This document shows, one piece after another, positions 8,026-15,778 of a stretch of DNA of 32,000 nucleotides (within the stretch, counting starts at the first letter, position 1; every line of letters begins with the position of its first letter). The notes under the pieces are model-generated. The model saw only the letters and a list, made by a program, of their open reading frames with translations. It did no database searches and was not told the DNA's origin. The position numbers and the translations under genes were made by a program. The DNA lies in NCBI RefSeq assembly GCF_000016745.1, contig NC_009483.1:2310001-2342000 (forward strand). Direction: 5' to 3'. The stretch comes from Geotalea uraniireducens Rf4 (GTDB lineage Bacteria > Desulfobacterota > Desulfuromonadia > Geobacterales > Geobacteraceae).

Positions 8026-9120
8026 TCAGATGGTTCTCTCACCGCCCAACGTAAAATAGAAGGTCGCCCCCTTGCCCGGTTCCCCCTCGGCCCAGACCTT
8101 TCCTCCATGGCGCCGGATGATCCTCTCCACCGTGGCCAGACCGATGCCCTCCGTTGCGAGTTCCTCCGTGCCGGGCAGAGGTCGGAATGGCTTAAAAAGT
8201 CTGTCGGCATGCGCCATATCGAATCCTGTTCCGTTGTCCCGCACGAAACAAGCGGGCATCCCTTCCACTTCTGTCAACCCGATTTCGATGACCGCATCCT
8301 CGCGCTTGTCCGTATGCTTCCAGGCATTGTCGAGGAGATTATTCAGAGCCAGTTGCAGCAGGTTCCTGTCCGCATTAACCTTGATTCCATCGGCAATCCG
8401 AAATGTGACCCGGCGTTCGGGTTTCGTTATCCGGAGTTTCTCTGTTATTTTGCCGGCCATTTCGCTCAGGTCTATGGCTTCCAGATGGAGATCAATCCTC
8501 ATCGGTCTGAAGAAATCATGCATGATGCCGATGAGTTTGCCCAGATGCCTGGTTTTGTCGTAGATGCGTTTCGCATAATTTATGCACTGTTCGTCGACAT
8601 TTTTGCTGGAGAAGTCCTGGATTGCGCGCGCATTATCCCCGATTGACATCAGGGATTTGAGCAGGTCGTTGGAAACGGTGTAGCTGAATGACTCCAGGTC
8701 CCTGTTGGTCGCCTCCAGTTCGGCGGCGTGGGCAGCGAGCTCGTTCTGCAACTCGACTATCCGCCTTCCTGCGTTGAGGCGAACCTTCAGTTCGTCGGTC
8801 TTGAGCGGTTTGGTGATGTAGTCGTCCGCTCCCGCCTCCATGCCGACGACCAGGTCTTCGTCCTTCTGCTGTGAAGTCAGGAGTATGATGTAGATGTAGT
8901 GTCCCATCGCCTCTTTTCTGATCTTCCTGCATAATTCCGGACCGTTTATCCCCGGCATCAGCCAGTCGAGAATGGCCAGCCGCGGGGCGTCCTCGGCCCG
9001 CAGGGCCTGCCAGGCTTCGTTGCCGTCTTTGGTGACGACCACCTCGTACCCCCATCTGGCCAGCGTCTCTTCCAGGAGGAGGCGAAAAGCAGGTTCATCT
9101 TCCGCTATCAGGATCTTCAT
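8026..9120 (-). CDS. Response-regulator receiver fused to a HisKA/HATPase_c histidine-kinase core, with a degenerate H-box (His replaced by Asn)
   Basis: ATG at 9120 (minus strand) follows AAGGAGA. REC motifs are present: MKILIAEDE, LAILDWLMPG, LLTS and ITKP. A coiled-coil linker precedes the H-box region LESFSYTVSNDLLKSL. The N-box NLLDNAWKHT, G1 box DNGTGF, F box FKPFRPL and G2 box GIGLATVERI are intact. Confidence 0.85.
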   Translation of the reverse strand: MKILIAEDEPAFRLLLEETLARWGYEVVVTKDGNEAWQALRAEDAPRLAILDWLMPGINGPELCRKIRKEAMGHYIYIILLTSQQKDEDLVVGMEAGADDYITKPLKTDELKVRLNAGRRIVELQNELAAHAAELEATNRDLESFSYTVSNDLLKSLMSIGDNARAIQDFSSKNVDEQCINYAKRIYDKTRHLGKLIGIMHDFFRPMRIDLHLEAIDLSEMAGKITEKLRITKPERRVTFRIADGIKVNADRNLLQLALNNLLDNAWKHTDKREDAVIEIGLTEVEGMPACFVRDNGTGFDMAHADRLFKPFRPLPGTEELATEGIGLATVERIIRRHGGKVWAEGEPGKGATFYFTLGGERTI

Positions 9121-9561
9121 ATGTAATTCTCCTTTTACCCAGCGTTGTCCGGTCAATAATTTGCGTAGGCTGATGTTTTGTAAAAAAGGGTTTCTGTAGG
9201 GGCGCGGCCTTGGCCCGCCCTTGTCGTCAAATCCGACCCTGTTGCTCTATTAACACCAGTCAAAGGCGGACCCTTGCTCTCGCTGCCATTTGGAATCGAG
9301 TTGAGTGTTTGTTAATATTATACAGGAAGAGTAGGGGGGGACAAGTCGGGAGGTGAGTTCATATTTTGAGGGAAGAGGCGTAACATTGAAGCCGGAGAAC
9401 ATAAATCCGGTGATGCAGTATTATAGCTAATGTTTGATAGAATAGGATAATGGAGGAAGATGTTAGGCAAAAGAACCCGCGCCTCAATAGACATTTTCCC
9501 CGATGATGTGGCAACAGGCCGTTTCGGCCTGACACACGGGTTTTATTTAGAGGAGGTATCT

Positions 9562-10161
9562 ATGATAACGACGCTGCTGGAAGGGAACAAACGGTTCGTA
9601 GCGGAAACCTTTGAAAAGGAAAAGGAATTCTTCGCCGAGCTGGCCAAGGACCAGAAACCGACTGTCCTCTGGATCGGCTGCTCCGACTCGCGGGTGCCTG
9701 TGAACACCATCACCCAGACCAAGGCGGGAGAGGTCTTCACCCATCGCAACGTGGGGAACATCGTCGCCACCAACGACTGGAACCTGTCAGCAGTGCTGGA
9801 GTTCTCCATCAACCACCTGCGCATACCCGACGTGATTATCTGCGGCCACTACGGCTGCGGCGGCATCGCCGCCCTTGACGAGGAAAACATTGAGGACAAG
9901 TACATCCCCATCTGGCTCATCAACTCCTACAAGGCAAAAGAGCGGGTGGACGAGAAGCTTAAGGCGCTGCACATCGAAATCCCCCACGAGCAACGTATGA
10001 ACCTGATCGTAGAGGAAAACGTCCGCCTCCAGCTGGAACACCTTCAGGAATACCCGTTCGTACGGCGGGCAATGACAGATAAGAAGCTCAATCTCCACGG
10101 CTGGGTGTACGACATGTACAACGGTGAGATCAGGATCGTGAAAACCCACAAAAATCGCTGA
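9562..10161 (+). CDS. Beta-class carbonic anhydrase
   Basis: ATG 9562 follows AGGAGG (9551-9556). The zinc-ligand motifs WIGCSDSRVP and ICGHYGCGGI are present. The length of 199 aa is typical for the family. Confidence 0.9.
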   Translation: MITTLLEGNKRFVAETFEKEKEFFAELAKDQKPTVLWIGCSDSRVPVNTITQTKAGEVFTHRNVGNIVATNDWNLSAVLEFSINHLRIPDVIICGHYGCGGIAALDEENIEDKYIPIWLINSYKAKERVDEKLKALHIEIPHEQRMNLIVEENVRLQLEHLQEYPFVRRAMTDKKLNLHGWVYDMYNGEIRIVKTHKNR

Positions 10162-10220
10162 TTCCAGCCTCTAAAGGACTTGGAAGAAACCTTTACCCAA
10201 AAATAATAAGGCATCCGGTA

Positions 10221-10249
10221 TTGACGGGGGTATGGCTACAGGTTATACT
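10221..10249 (+). promoter_or_regulatory. Near-consensus sigma70-type promoter for the toxin-antitoxin operon
   Basis: TTGACG (10221-10226), a 17-nt spacer, then TATACT (10244-10249), about 22 nt upstream of the antitoxin ATG. Confidence 0.5.
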
Positions 10250-10271
10250 AAATTCAAAAAGAGGTATAACC

Positions 10272-10526
10272 ATGCAAGCGATCAAAACTGCCATCTCAAT
10301 CGAAAAGAATCTCTTTGATCAAGCTGAAAAAATAGCGCGCACAATGAAAGTTTCGCGCAGCAAGCTGTTCGTGATGGCGCTTCAGGACTTCATCGAGCAC
10401 CAGAAAAACAAGGAACTGCTCGCACAGATCAATGCGGCTTACGCCGACGAACCTGACGCAACGGAACAAACCCTTCGCAGAAAAGCACGTCGGCAACATC
10501 GGCGCATAGTGGAGGGTGAATGGTGA
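10272..10526 (+). CDS. Ribbon-helix-helix (CopG-like) type II antitoxin
   Basis: ATG 10272 follows an AAGAGG-like RBS. The N-terminal RHH pattern is IKTAISIEKNLFDQAEKIARTMKVSRSKLFVMALQDFI, and the C-terminal tail is charged. Its stop overlaps the toxin start (ATGGTGA). Confidence 0.75.
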   Translation: MQAIKTAISIEKNLFDQAEKIARTMKVSRSKLFVMALQDFIEHQKNKELLAQINAAYADEPDATEQTLRRKARRQHRRIVEGEW

Positions 10527-10876
10527 TCAATCAAGGAGATATTTACTGGATAGAACTTGACGAGCCCGAAGGTTCGGAACCAGGTTACAAGCACCCTCAC
10601 GTCATCGTACAGAACAACCTGTTTAACCGCAGTCAGATCAGAACAGTCCTCGTATGTCCTCTCACTACTAATCTCAAGCGCGCAAGCGCACCTGGCAATG
10701 TACTTCTCGATAAAAAAGAATCAAACCTGCCCAAGCAAAGTGTCGTCAATGTTACGCAAGTTTTTACCGTGGATAAGGCGCAACTGGACGAGTATGTCGG
10801 AACTCTTTCATCCAAGCGAATTACTGAAATTCTAAATGGTATCAAGCTTGTTCTGGATCCGCGTGAACCGGATTGA
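10520..10876 (+). CDS. mazF: PemK/MazF-family endoribonuclease toxin
   Basis: GDIYWIELDEPEGSEPGYKHPHVIVQNN...VLVCPLTTN...VNVTQVFTVDK matches the MazF/PemK signature. It is translationally coupled to the upstream antitoxin. Confidence 0.85.
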   Translation: MVINQGDIYWIELDEPEGSEPGYKHPHVIVQNNLFNRSQIRTVLVCPLTTNLKRASAPGNVLLDKKESNLPKQSVVNVTQVFTVDKAQLDEYVGTLSSKRITEILNGIKLVLDPREPD

Positions 10877-11078
10877 TGCTTGTCATGTTATTTGAACTCT
10901 AACAATGGGACAGTTCCTTGCCCGGTAAGAGAGGTGATTTGTTCAGGGTAACTAGCGTGTTATACTTGATGCATGCAAAGTAAATAGTGGTCAAGTTCTG
11001 ACCTGTTAAACCGAAATGTGTTCTAAGGGCACCGCAAGACTGCCATGTCGAGCGCGGCAAGACACAAGGAGTTAACAG

Positions 11079-12305
11079 ATGAACAGACTCAAGCTATCTA
11101 CGTTTCTCGTTGCCGCTGTTCTTGCAGCCGGAGTCCCCGCCGCTCAGGCGACGCCATTCCATGCCGGCGGCACCGGCAACTGCGATGGATGTCACGGTCC
11201 GAACTTTACCGCAGGAAGCTACTCAACATTGCGCGGCGTTGATCCTGGCTCGACCTGCCTTCGTTGCCATGGCGCAGCCAGGCCGACTGAGCATCAAATA
11301 GCCACTCATCCCGTTCCGCCCAAGGGAATTCCTCCCGTGTCCCTTACCCCCGGCGGCGATTTTGCTTATCTGCGGAAAAACTATTTCTGGGGCGATTCCA
11401 ACGGCAAGCGTGGCATAAGTCCCGGAGAAAGACACGGACACAACATCGTTGCAGCCGCTTACGGCTATTCCCGGGACACGGCCCTCCTCGGTTCCCCGGG
11501 CGGCTCATATCCGGCTGATGCCCTATCCTGCATCAGCTGCCATGATCCCCACGGGAACTACCGGGTGCTGGACAGATACGGCACTGTTTCGAGCGAGGGG
11601 AACCCCATCGGCGAGGCGGGTTCTTACGGGGCAGCAGCAACAAGCGCCAGTTCCGTCGGCACTTACCGCTTGCTGGCCGGCAAGGGATATCAAACAAAAT
11701 CTGCCGGGCACGTTTTTTCCTACGATCCGCCGATGGCCGTTTCCCCCACCAGCTACAACAGATCCGAGGCAAGTTCTGATACGAGGGTTGCCTACGGCAA
11801 AGGGGTGTCGAAATGGTGCGCAAACTGCCACGAAGGTTTCCTGTCTGGGACGAGCCATATCCACCCGGCTGACGTGGAGCTTGGTGTGGCAATAGCCGCG
11901 ACCTACAACAATTACGTGAAGTCCGGCGATCTTACCGGCATCCGGGCCACCGCCTATACCTCGCTGGTCCCGTTCCAGAGTGGCGAAGTGACCGACCCGC
12001 AGCAACTGTCTGCCGAGTTGACTTCTACCGCCGGTCCCAACCCGGACGACAGGATAACCTGCCTTACCTGCCATCGGGCCCATGCCTCCGGCTGGGACAG
12101 CATAGGCAGGTGGAACATGAAGGGGGACTTCCTGACCGTGGCCGGCGCGTATCCGGGAATCGACACCAATGGTACGGGGAATTACGGCGAGAACTCCACC
12201 GGCAAACTCAGAACCGAGTATCAGGCGGCCATGTACGGCCGGGACGCATCCGGATTCGCAACTTTTCAACGGCAGCTTTGCGATAAGTGCCATGCGAAGG
12301 ATTGA
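11079..12305 (+). CDS. omcS: OmcS-family hexahaem c-type cytochrome (nanowire-forming family)
   Basis: ATG 11079 follows AAGGAG (11066-11071), and the signal peptide ends in AAQA. There are six CXXCH motifs: CDGCH, CLRCH, CISCH, CANCH, CLTCH and CDKCH. Long collinear blocks match G. sulfurreducens OmcS as I remember it: FH.GG..C.GCH, LTPGGDF, GER.GHNIVA, PGG..PA..L.C.SCHDPHG.YR, GSY, G.YR.L.G.GYQ.KS, AV.PSTYNR.EA...TRVAYG.G.S.WCANCH, YN.Y.KSGDLTG..A.AY.SL.PF, C.CHRAHASG.DS and the terminal QR.LC.KCHAKD. Confidence 0.9.
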   Translation: MNRLKLSTFLVAAVLAAGVPAAQATPFHAGGTGNCDGCHGPNFTAGSYSTLRGVDPGSTCLRCHGAARPTEHQIATHPVPPKGIPPVSLTPGGDFAYLRKNYFWGDSNGKRGISPGERHGHNIVAAAYGYSRDTALLGSPGGSYPADALSCISCHDPHGNYRVLDRYGTVSSEGNPIGEAGSYGAAATSASSVGTYRLLAGKGYQTKSAGHVFSYDPPMAVSPTSYNRSEASSDTRVAYGKGVSKWCANCHEGFLSGTSHIHPADVELGVAIAATYNNYVKSGDLTGIRATAYTSLVPFQSGEVTDPQQLSAELTSTAGPNPDDRITCLTCHRAHASGWDSIGRWNMKGDFLTVAGAYPGIDTNGTGNYGENSTGKLRTEYQAAMYGRDASGFATFQRQLCDKCHAKD

Positions 12306-12342
12306 TATGAACTATTGATGCATGGAAATATCCGGTTATGGT

Positions 12343-12389
12343 CGCCGCAACACTTTTCGGGATAGTGTTGCGGCGATTTTATTTTATTT
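12343..12389 (+). terminator. Rho-independent terminator of the omcS-like gene
   Basis: A perfect 12-bp stem, CGCCGCAACACT (12343-12354) with AGTGTTGCGGCG (12364-12375), and a 9-nt loop, followed by ATTTTATTTTATTT. It lies 38 nt after the stop. Confidence 0.8.
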
Positions 12390-12490
12390 GAACAGAATTG
12401 ATTGTAAGCATTTGCGCTGTAAAACTGGTAAAATGTTACCCGGAAGACGGGGAACATCATTCTTGCTGATGGACAAGAGGGGCCGGTCAC

Positions 12491-14065
12491 ATGCATTCAA
12501 AGGCGCTGTTTAAACAGGCATGCTACAGCGGAGCAAGACTCTGCATACTCATATATTTGTCGATTCTCGCTGCAAATTATCTCAACAGCAGGAATTTTTC
12601 GGATTCTTTCAGCAAAACCATGATAAAGGTTCATGCCGAAGCCAAAATCGGCTTGGATTCCAACGAACTGTCAAAACTCATCATCGAAAAAAATTATACG
12701 AAACTGCAGGAATTGCTCGACAGGAATTACAGTATCTATGCGCTGGTAATCACTGACTGTATAACCGAGCAAGAATACTGTAGCGGACAAAATATACTGT
12801 TTGCCACCAATCCGAAACTGATCCGGGAAAAACAGATAAAGGTCGAGGATCTGATCAACTATCCCTATCTGTTTTTACGCCGCCCATCCTCCTCCATCCT
12901 TCAGCTTCTCGAACAAAAGGAAAAGAAAACGGCAAGATCGGGCGAGATCATAGGCCGGGTGTATTCCATCAGCACCATACCGAGCTTTGAAGAAGATTAC
13001 CGGTCATGGCTGAGAGATCCCTTCCGGGAAAACGATTTGTGGCGAAAATACCTGCTAACCATGACCAGTTGCCTGCTCGGCGGGGTTTTCGTCTGGTTGA
13101 TCGTCGAGCTGTTCCTGAAAATCCGGAGAATAGAGCAGCGCAACGCCAGGCAGAGAGAAAACGAGCTGATCAAGGATGCTGATACCTATCTCGGGCAGCT
13201 GGAGGAGAAGGGGAGCCAGATCGAAGAGCAGGAGCGGCGTTCCACCAGGCAGTTCGGAGCGTACATCGCCAGGATAAAGGAACTGGAGCAGAAGTTGCGC
13301 AACGTGGATGAATACCGGGACATTGCCGAAACCATCATCAAGGAGCTGGAGGATGAAAAAGAGCATCAATCGGAAATCTTCAGGGACCAACTGGAAAAAA
13401 CAAACCTGGAGAAACAGCGGCTTCAGGGAGAGGTCGAAAAGTACAAGAAGGCTTCCGGCAAAGACAAGCAGGAGGCTTCCAAGGCGTTGGTGAATGCCAT
13501 AACTCCCCAGACCGGCAATGTGCTGGAGCAGCGGGTAATGACCGGAATCCTCAGTAGCCCCAAATGCCGGCGAGGTGACTGGAAAGCGGTGAACCATTTC
13601 GATGTGGCTGTCGGAAAAGAGAGCAGCCAGTTCATCGACTGCATCGTTATTACCAAAGAATGCCTCATTGTCCTGGAGGTTAAGAACTATTTCGGCGTCA
13701 TCGAAGCGGAAGGGTATCCGGAAAATTCAAAATGGCTCTGCCGTGACGGCAATAAAGTAGTTACTGTGAAAAGCGACTGGGGTGAGAACCCGTACCACCA
13801 GGTACGCGAGTATTCCATGAGTCTGCTGAACCTGGTGAAACGCCGCCTGTCGCAACTCCCCGTCTACGGGGTCGTCGTCTTTCCTGAGCTCACGGACATT
13901 TCGAGGCTGGAAAGTAAGATCGGCAAATTCTACAGGATAACGACCATCGATCATCTGCTGGCGGTGCTCGAACAGATAGAAGCGGAAGCGAGGCGGGATA
14001 ACGCCTTCAGCAAACGTCCTACCCCCGAACAGATCGAAAACCTGATTCGCGGGAAAAAAGTGTGA
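12491..14065 (+). CDS. Membrane-anchored coiled-coil protein with a C-terminal NERD (PD-(D/E)xK-type nuclease-related) domain
   Basis: There are two hydrophobic helices (about aa 14-30 ARLCILIYLSILAANYL and about aa 187-209 YLLTMTSCLLGGVFVWLIVELFL) around a ~155-aa loop. A ~120-aa E/K/Q/R-rich heptad region follows. The NERD-like core is HFDVAVGKESSQFIDCIVITKECLIVLEVKNYFG...NPYHQVREY...VYGVVVFPE. The gene is visibly more AT-rich than its neighbours. The exact start codon is uncertain. Confidence 0.7.
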   Translation: MHSKALFKQACYSGARLCILIYLSILAANYLNSRNFSDSFSKTMIKVHAEAKIGLDSNELSKLIIEKNYTKLQELLDRNYSIYALVITDCITEQEYCSGQNILFATNPKLIREKQIKVEDLINYPYLFLRRPSSSILQLLEQKEKKTARSGEIIGRVYSISTIPSFEEDYRSWLRDPFRENDLWRKYLLTMTSCLLGGVFVWLIVELFLKIRRIEQRNARQRENELIKDADTYLGQLEEKGSQIEEQERRSTRQFGAYIARIKELEQKLRNVDEYRDIAETIIKELEDEKEHQSEIFRDQLEKTNLEKQRLQGEVEKYKKASGKDKQEASKALVNAITPQTGNVLEQRVMTGILSSPKCRRGDWKAVNHFDVAVGKESSQFIDCIVITKECLIVLEVKNYFGVIEAEGYPENSKWLCRDGNKVVTVKSDWGENPYHQVREYSMSLLNLVKRRLSQLPVYGVVVFPELTDISRLESKIGKFYRITTIDHLLAVLEQIEAEARRDNAFSKRPTPEQIENLIRGKKV

Positions 14066-14066
14066 G

Positions 14067-14771
14067 TCAATTCCAGGGGGAAGTGGTGATGACCGGGGCT
14101 GCGCCTTCTGTTGCAAGTGCCGCGCAGAAGCCTTCCGGCACGGGGATATCGGCGATTGTCCACCTGGATGGCGTATCGGCAGTTGCCTGGTAATCGACAA
14201 CTGACAGTGGTTGGTCGGGGAGGAGGGAAACTGCAAAGCTGTCGGCGGGGCGGGAAAAGCCCGTGCCCAGCCCTTTGAGATAGGCTTCTTTGCGGGTCCA
14301 GAAGCGGTAGAATGCGGACAGCTGCAAGTGCGGCGGAAGGCTGAACAGCTCTTCGGTTTCCCGCGGGGCAAAGAAGCGCTGCGCCATCTCCCGGAACGGC
14401 AGATTGTCCAGCATCTGTTCCAGGTCGATACCCACCTCGCAGCTGCCCGAAACGGCCAGCACGGCTCGCCCACCCTTATGGGAGAGATTGAACCGGCGCG
14501 AACAGCTCCCTCCAGTTTCCTCAGCAAGTGAAGGCTTGCCGTGTTCCCCTTCGTTAAAGCGGAGCATCTCCGGCTCCAATCCCAGGTAATCGGCCAATGT
14601 CTCGCGGAGAAAACCTCGCCCCGCCACAAAACGGTCACGATGCTGCTGGTTGATCAGACGGTCGGCCCTGGCCAGTTCATCCGTTGACAAGAACCGCCTG
14701 AGTCGCGCCAGTTCACCTGCTTCCAGATCGAGTGACGCGAAGCGGATCTGCACCTCGCCTGCGGCCGGCAT
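14067..14771 (-). CDS. pfaE: Sfp-type 4'-phosphopantetheinyl transferase (PfaE-like)
   Basis: Motifs FNLSHKGGRAVLAV, VGIDLE and FWTRKEAYLKGLGTG are present. I prefer the ATG at 14771 (AGGGGAA RBS, 11 nt after the oleD stop). The ORF-track start at 14807 would overlap oleD by 25 nt. It is the last gene of the minus-strand string. Confidence 0.8.
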   Translation of the reverse strand: MPAAGEVQIRFASLDLEAGELARLRRFLSTDELARADRLINQQHRDRFVAGRGFLRETLADYLGLEPEMLRFNEGEHGKPSLAEETGGSCSRRFNLSHKGGRAVLAVSGSCEVGIDLEQMLDNLPFREMAQRFFAPRETEELFSLPPHLQLSAFYRFWTRKEAYLKGLGTGFSRPADSFAVSLLPDQPLSVVDYQATADTPSRWTIADIPVPEGFCAALATEGAAPVITTSPWN

Positions 14772-14782
14772 CGTTCCCCTGC

Positions 14783-15778
14783 TCACAAACTCGCTCCGGC
14801 AAGCCATGCCTTCAACCGTTTCAACCCTTCATCGATGGATATTTGAGGCACATAGCCGAGGTCGCGGCGGGCTGCGGAGATGTTGAACCAGTGGGCGGTG
14901 GCCAGCTCCCGGGCGACAAAGCGAGTCATGGGGGGCTCGCCTGCCAGATGCAGGAGGCTCCAGAGCCCCTCGCAGACGACGCCCGCCGCATAAGCCACCT
15001 TTGGCGGCACGCAGCGCGTAAGCGGCGGCAGCCCCGCGGCGGCGAGGATGCGGTTCACCATCTCCCAGAGGGGAATGGGCTCGCCGTTGGAGATGAAATA
15101 CGACTTCCCTGACACTGCCCCGCCGAAAACGAGGCGGTCGGCGGCGAGCAGGTGGGCATGGGCGGCGTTGTCCACGTAGACCGTGTCCACCAGACATGGA
15201 CTGTTGCCGATCCGGCGCAGCTTTCCGGCCCGGGCCTTGGCGACGATGCGCGGGACGAGGTGGTTGTCTCCCGGTCCCCAGATGAGATGGGGGCGTAGCG
15301 AAACGGTGGCGAGCGAGGGGGAGTTGGCGGCGAGCACCAGTTGCTCGGCCAACGCCTTGGTCTTTGGATAATGCGCTTCAAAGTGGGTCGGATAGGGGAG
15401 TGATTCGTCGCCCCCTTCCACGTCCCGGCCGTCGAAGACCACGCTCGGCGAGCCGGTGTAGACGAGGCGGCCGATGCCGTGGTGGCGGCAGGCGGCGAGC
15501 ACGTTCTCCGTCCCGGTCACGTTCGCCCGGTGATACTCCGCGTGACTCCCCCAGATGCCCGCCTTGGCAGCCACATGAAAGACGATGTCGCATCCTGTTG
15601 CTGCTCGCAGCACAGCCTCCCGGTCGGCCAGGTCTCCTTGAATCTGCTCGACGCCGAGGCGCGCAAGTTCAGGGTATTCCCCCCGGGAGAAGCTCAGTAC
15701 CGTATCCCCCCGTTCGACGAGGAGGCGGGCAATCGCACCGCCGAGAAATCCGCCGCCGCCGGTGACAAGCGCCCTCAT
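14783..15778 (-). CDS. oleD: OleD, NAD(P)H-dependent 2-alkyl-3-ketoalkanoate reductase (3-beta-HSD/epimerase family)
   Basis: The Rossmann N-terminus is MRALVTGGGGFLGGAIARLL. It has short-chain dehydrogenase/epimerase-like length and features. Its start overlaps the oleC stop (ATGA at 15775-15778), and it sits in the canonical oleABCD order. Confidence 0.85.
   Translation of the reverse strand: MRALVTGGGGFLGGAIARLLVERGDTVLSFSRGEYPELARLGVEQIQGDLADREAVLRAATGCDIVFHVAAKAGIWGSHAEYHRANVTGTENVLAACRHHGIGRLVYTGSPSVVFDGRDVEGGDESLPYPTHFEAHYPKTKALAEQLVLAANSPSLATVSLRPHLIWGPGDNHLVPRIVAKARAGKLRRIGNSPCLVDTVYVDNAAHAHLLAADRLVFGGAVSGKSYFISNGEPIPLWEMVNRILAAAGLPPLTRCVPPKVAYAAGVVCEGLWSLLHLAGEPPMTRFVARELATAHWFNISAARRDLGYVPQISIDEGLKRLKAWLAGASL

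Noticed and set aside
9270-9300. A sigma54-like TGGCAG...GCAA element on the minus strand upstream of the REC-kinase gene.
   Set aside because: The GG-to-GC spacing is 10 nt rather than the canonical 12, and the -12 TTGC element is missing.
9460-9561. The ORF-track N-terminal extension of the carbonic anhydrase (start at 9460). Similar upstream starts appear at 758, 2574, 4567, 6854, 7377, 9156 and 10221.
   Set aside because: In each case an internal ATG is preceded by a good Shine-Dalgarno sequence at 5-9 nt and begins a signal peptide or the conserved domain. The upstream extensions lack an RBS and add non-homologous residues.
10877-11078. A possible cyclic-dinucleotide (GEMM-I type) riboswitch in the omcS-like leader. 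Such riboswitches are known upstream of Geobacter extracellular electron transfer genes.
   Set aside because: Only a partial resemblance was seen: AAACCGAAA and GGGCACCGCAAGAC against the conserved GGCAAACC...GAAA...GGGACGCAAAGCC. I could not build the two-hairpin P1/P2 architecture with a GNRA loop. An Infernal scan with the c-di-GMP-I model would settle it.
10162-14066. Calling the AT-rich mosaic a defined mobile element or genomic island.
   Set aside because: No integrase, transposase, flanking direct repeats or tRNA attachment site could be found in the window. Only compositional and functional hints remain, so it is reported as a finding and not annotated as a mobile_element feature.
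13727-14638. A 303-aa minus-strand ORF spanning the NERD/PPTase junction.
   Set aside because: It overlaps two well-supported genes in different frames and strands, and its translation is low-complexity Arg/Pro/Ser-rich. It is a shadow ORF.
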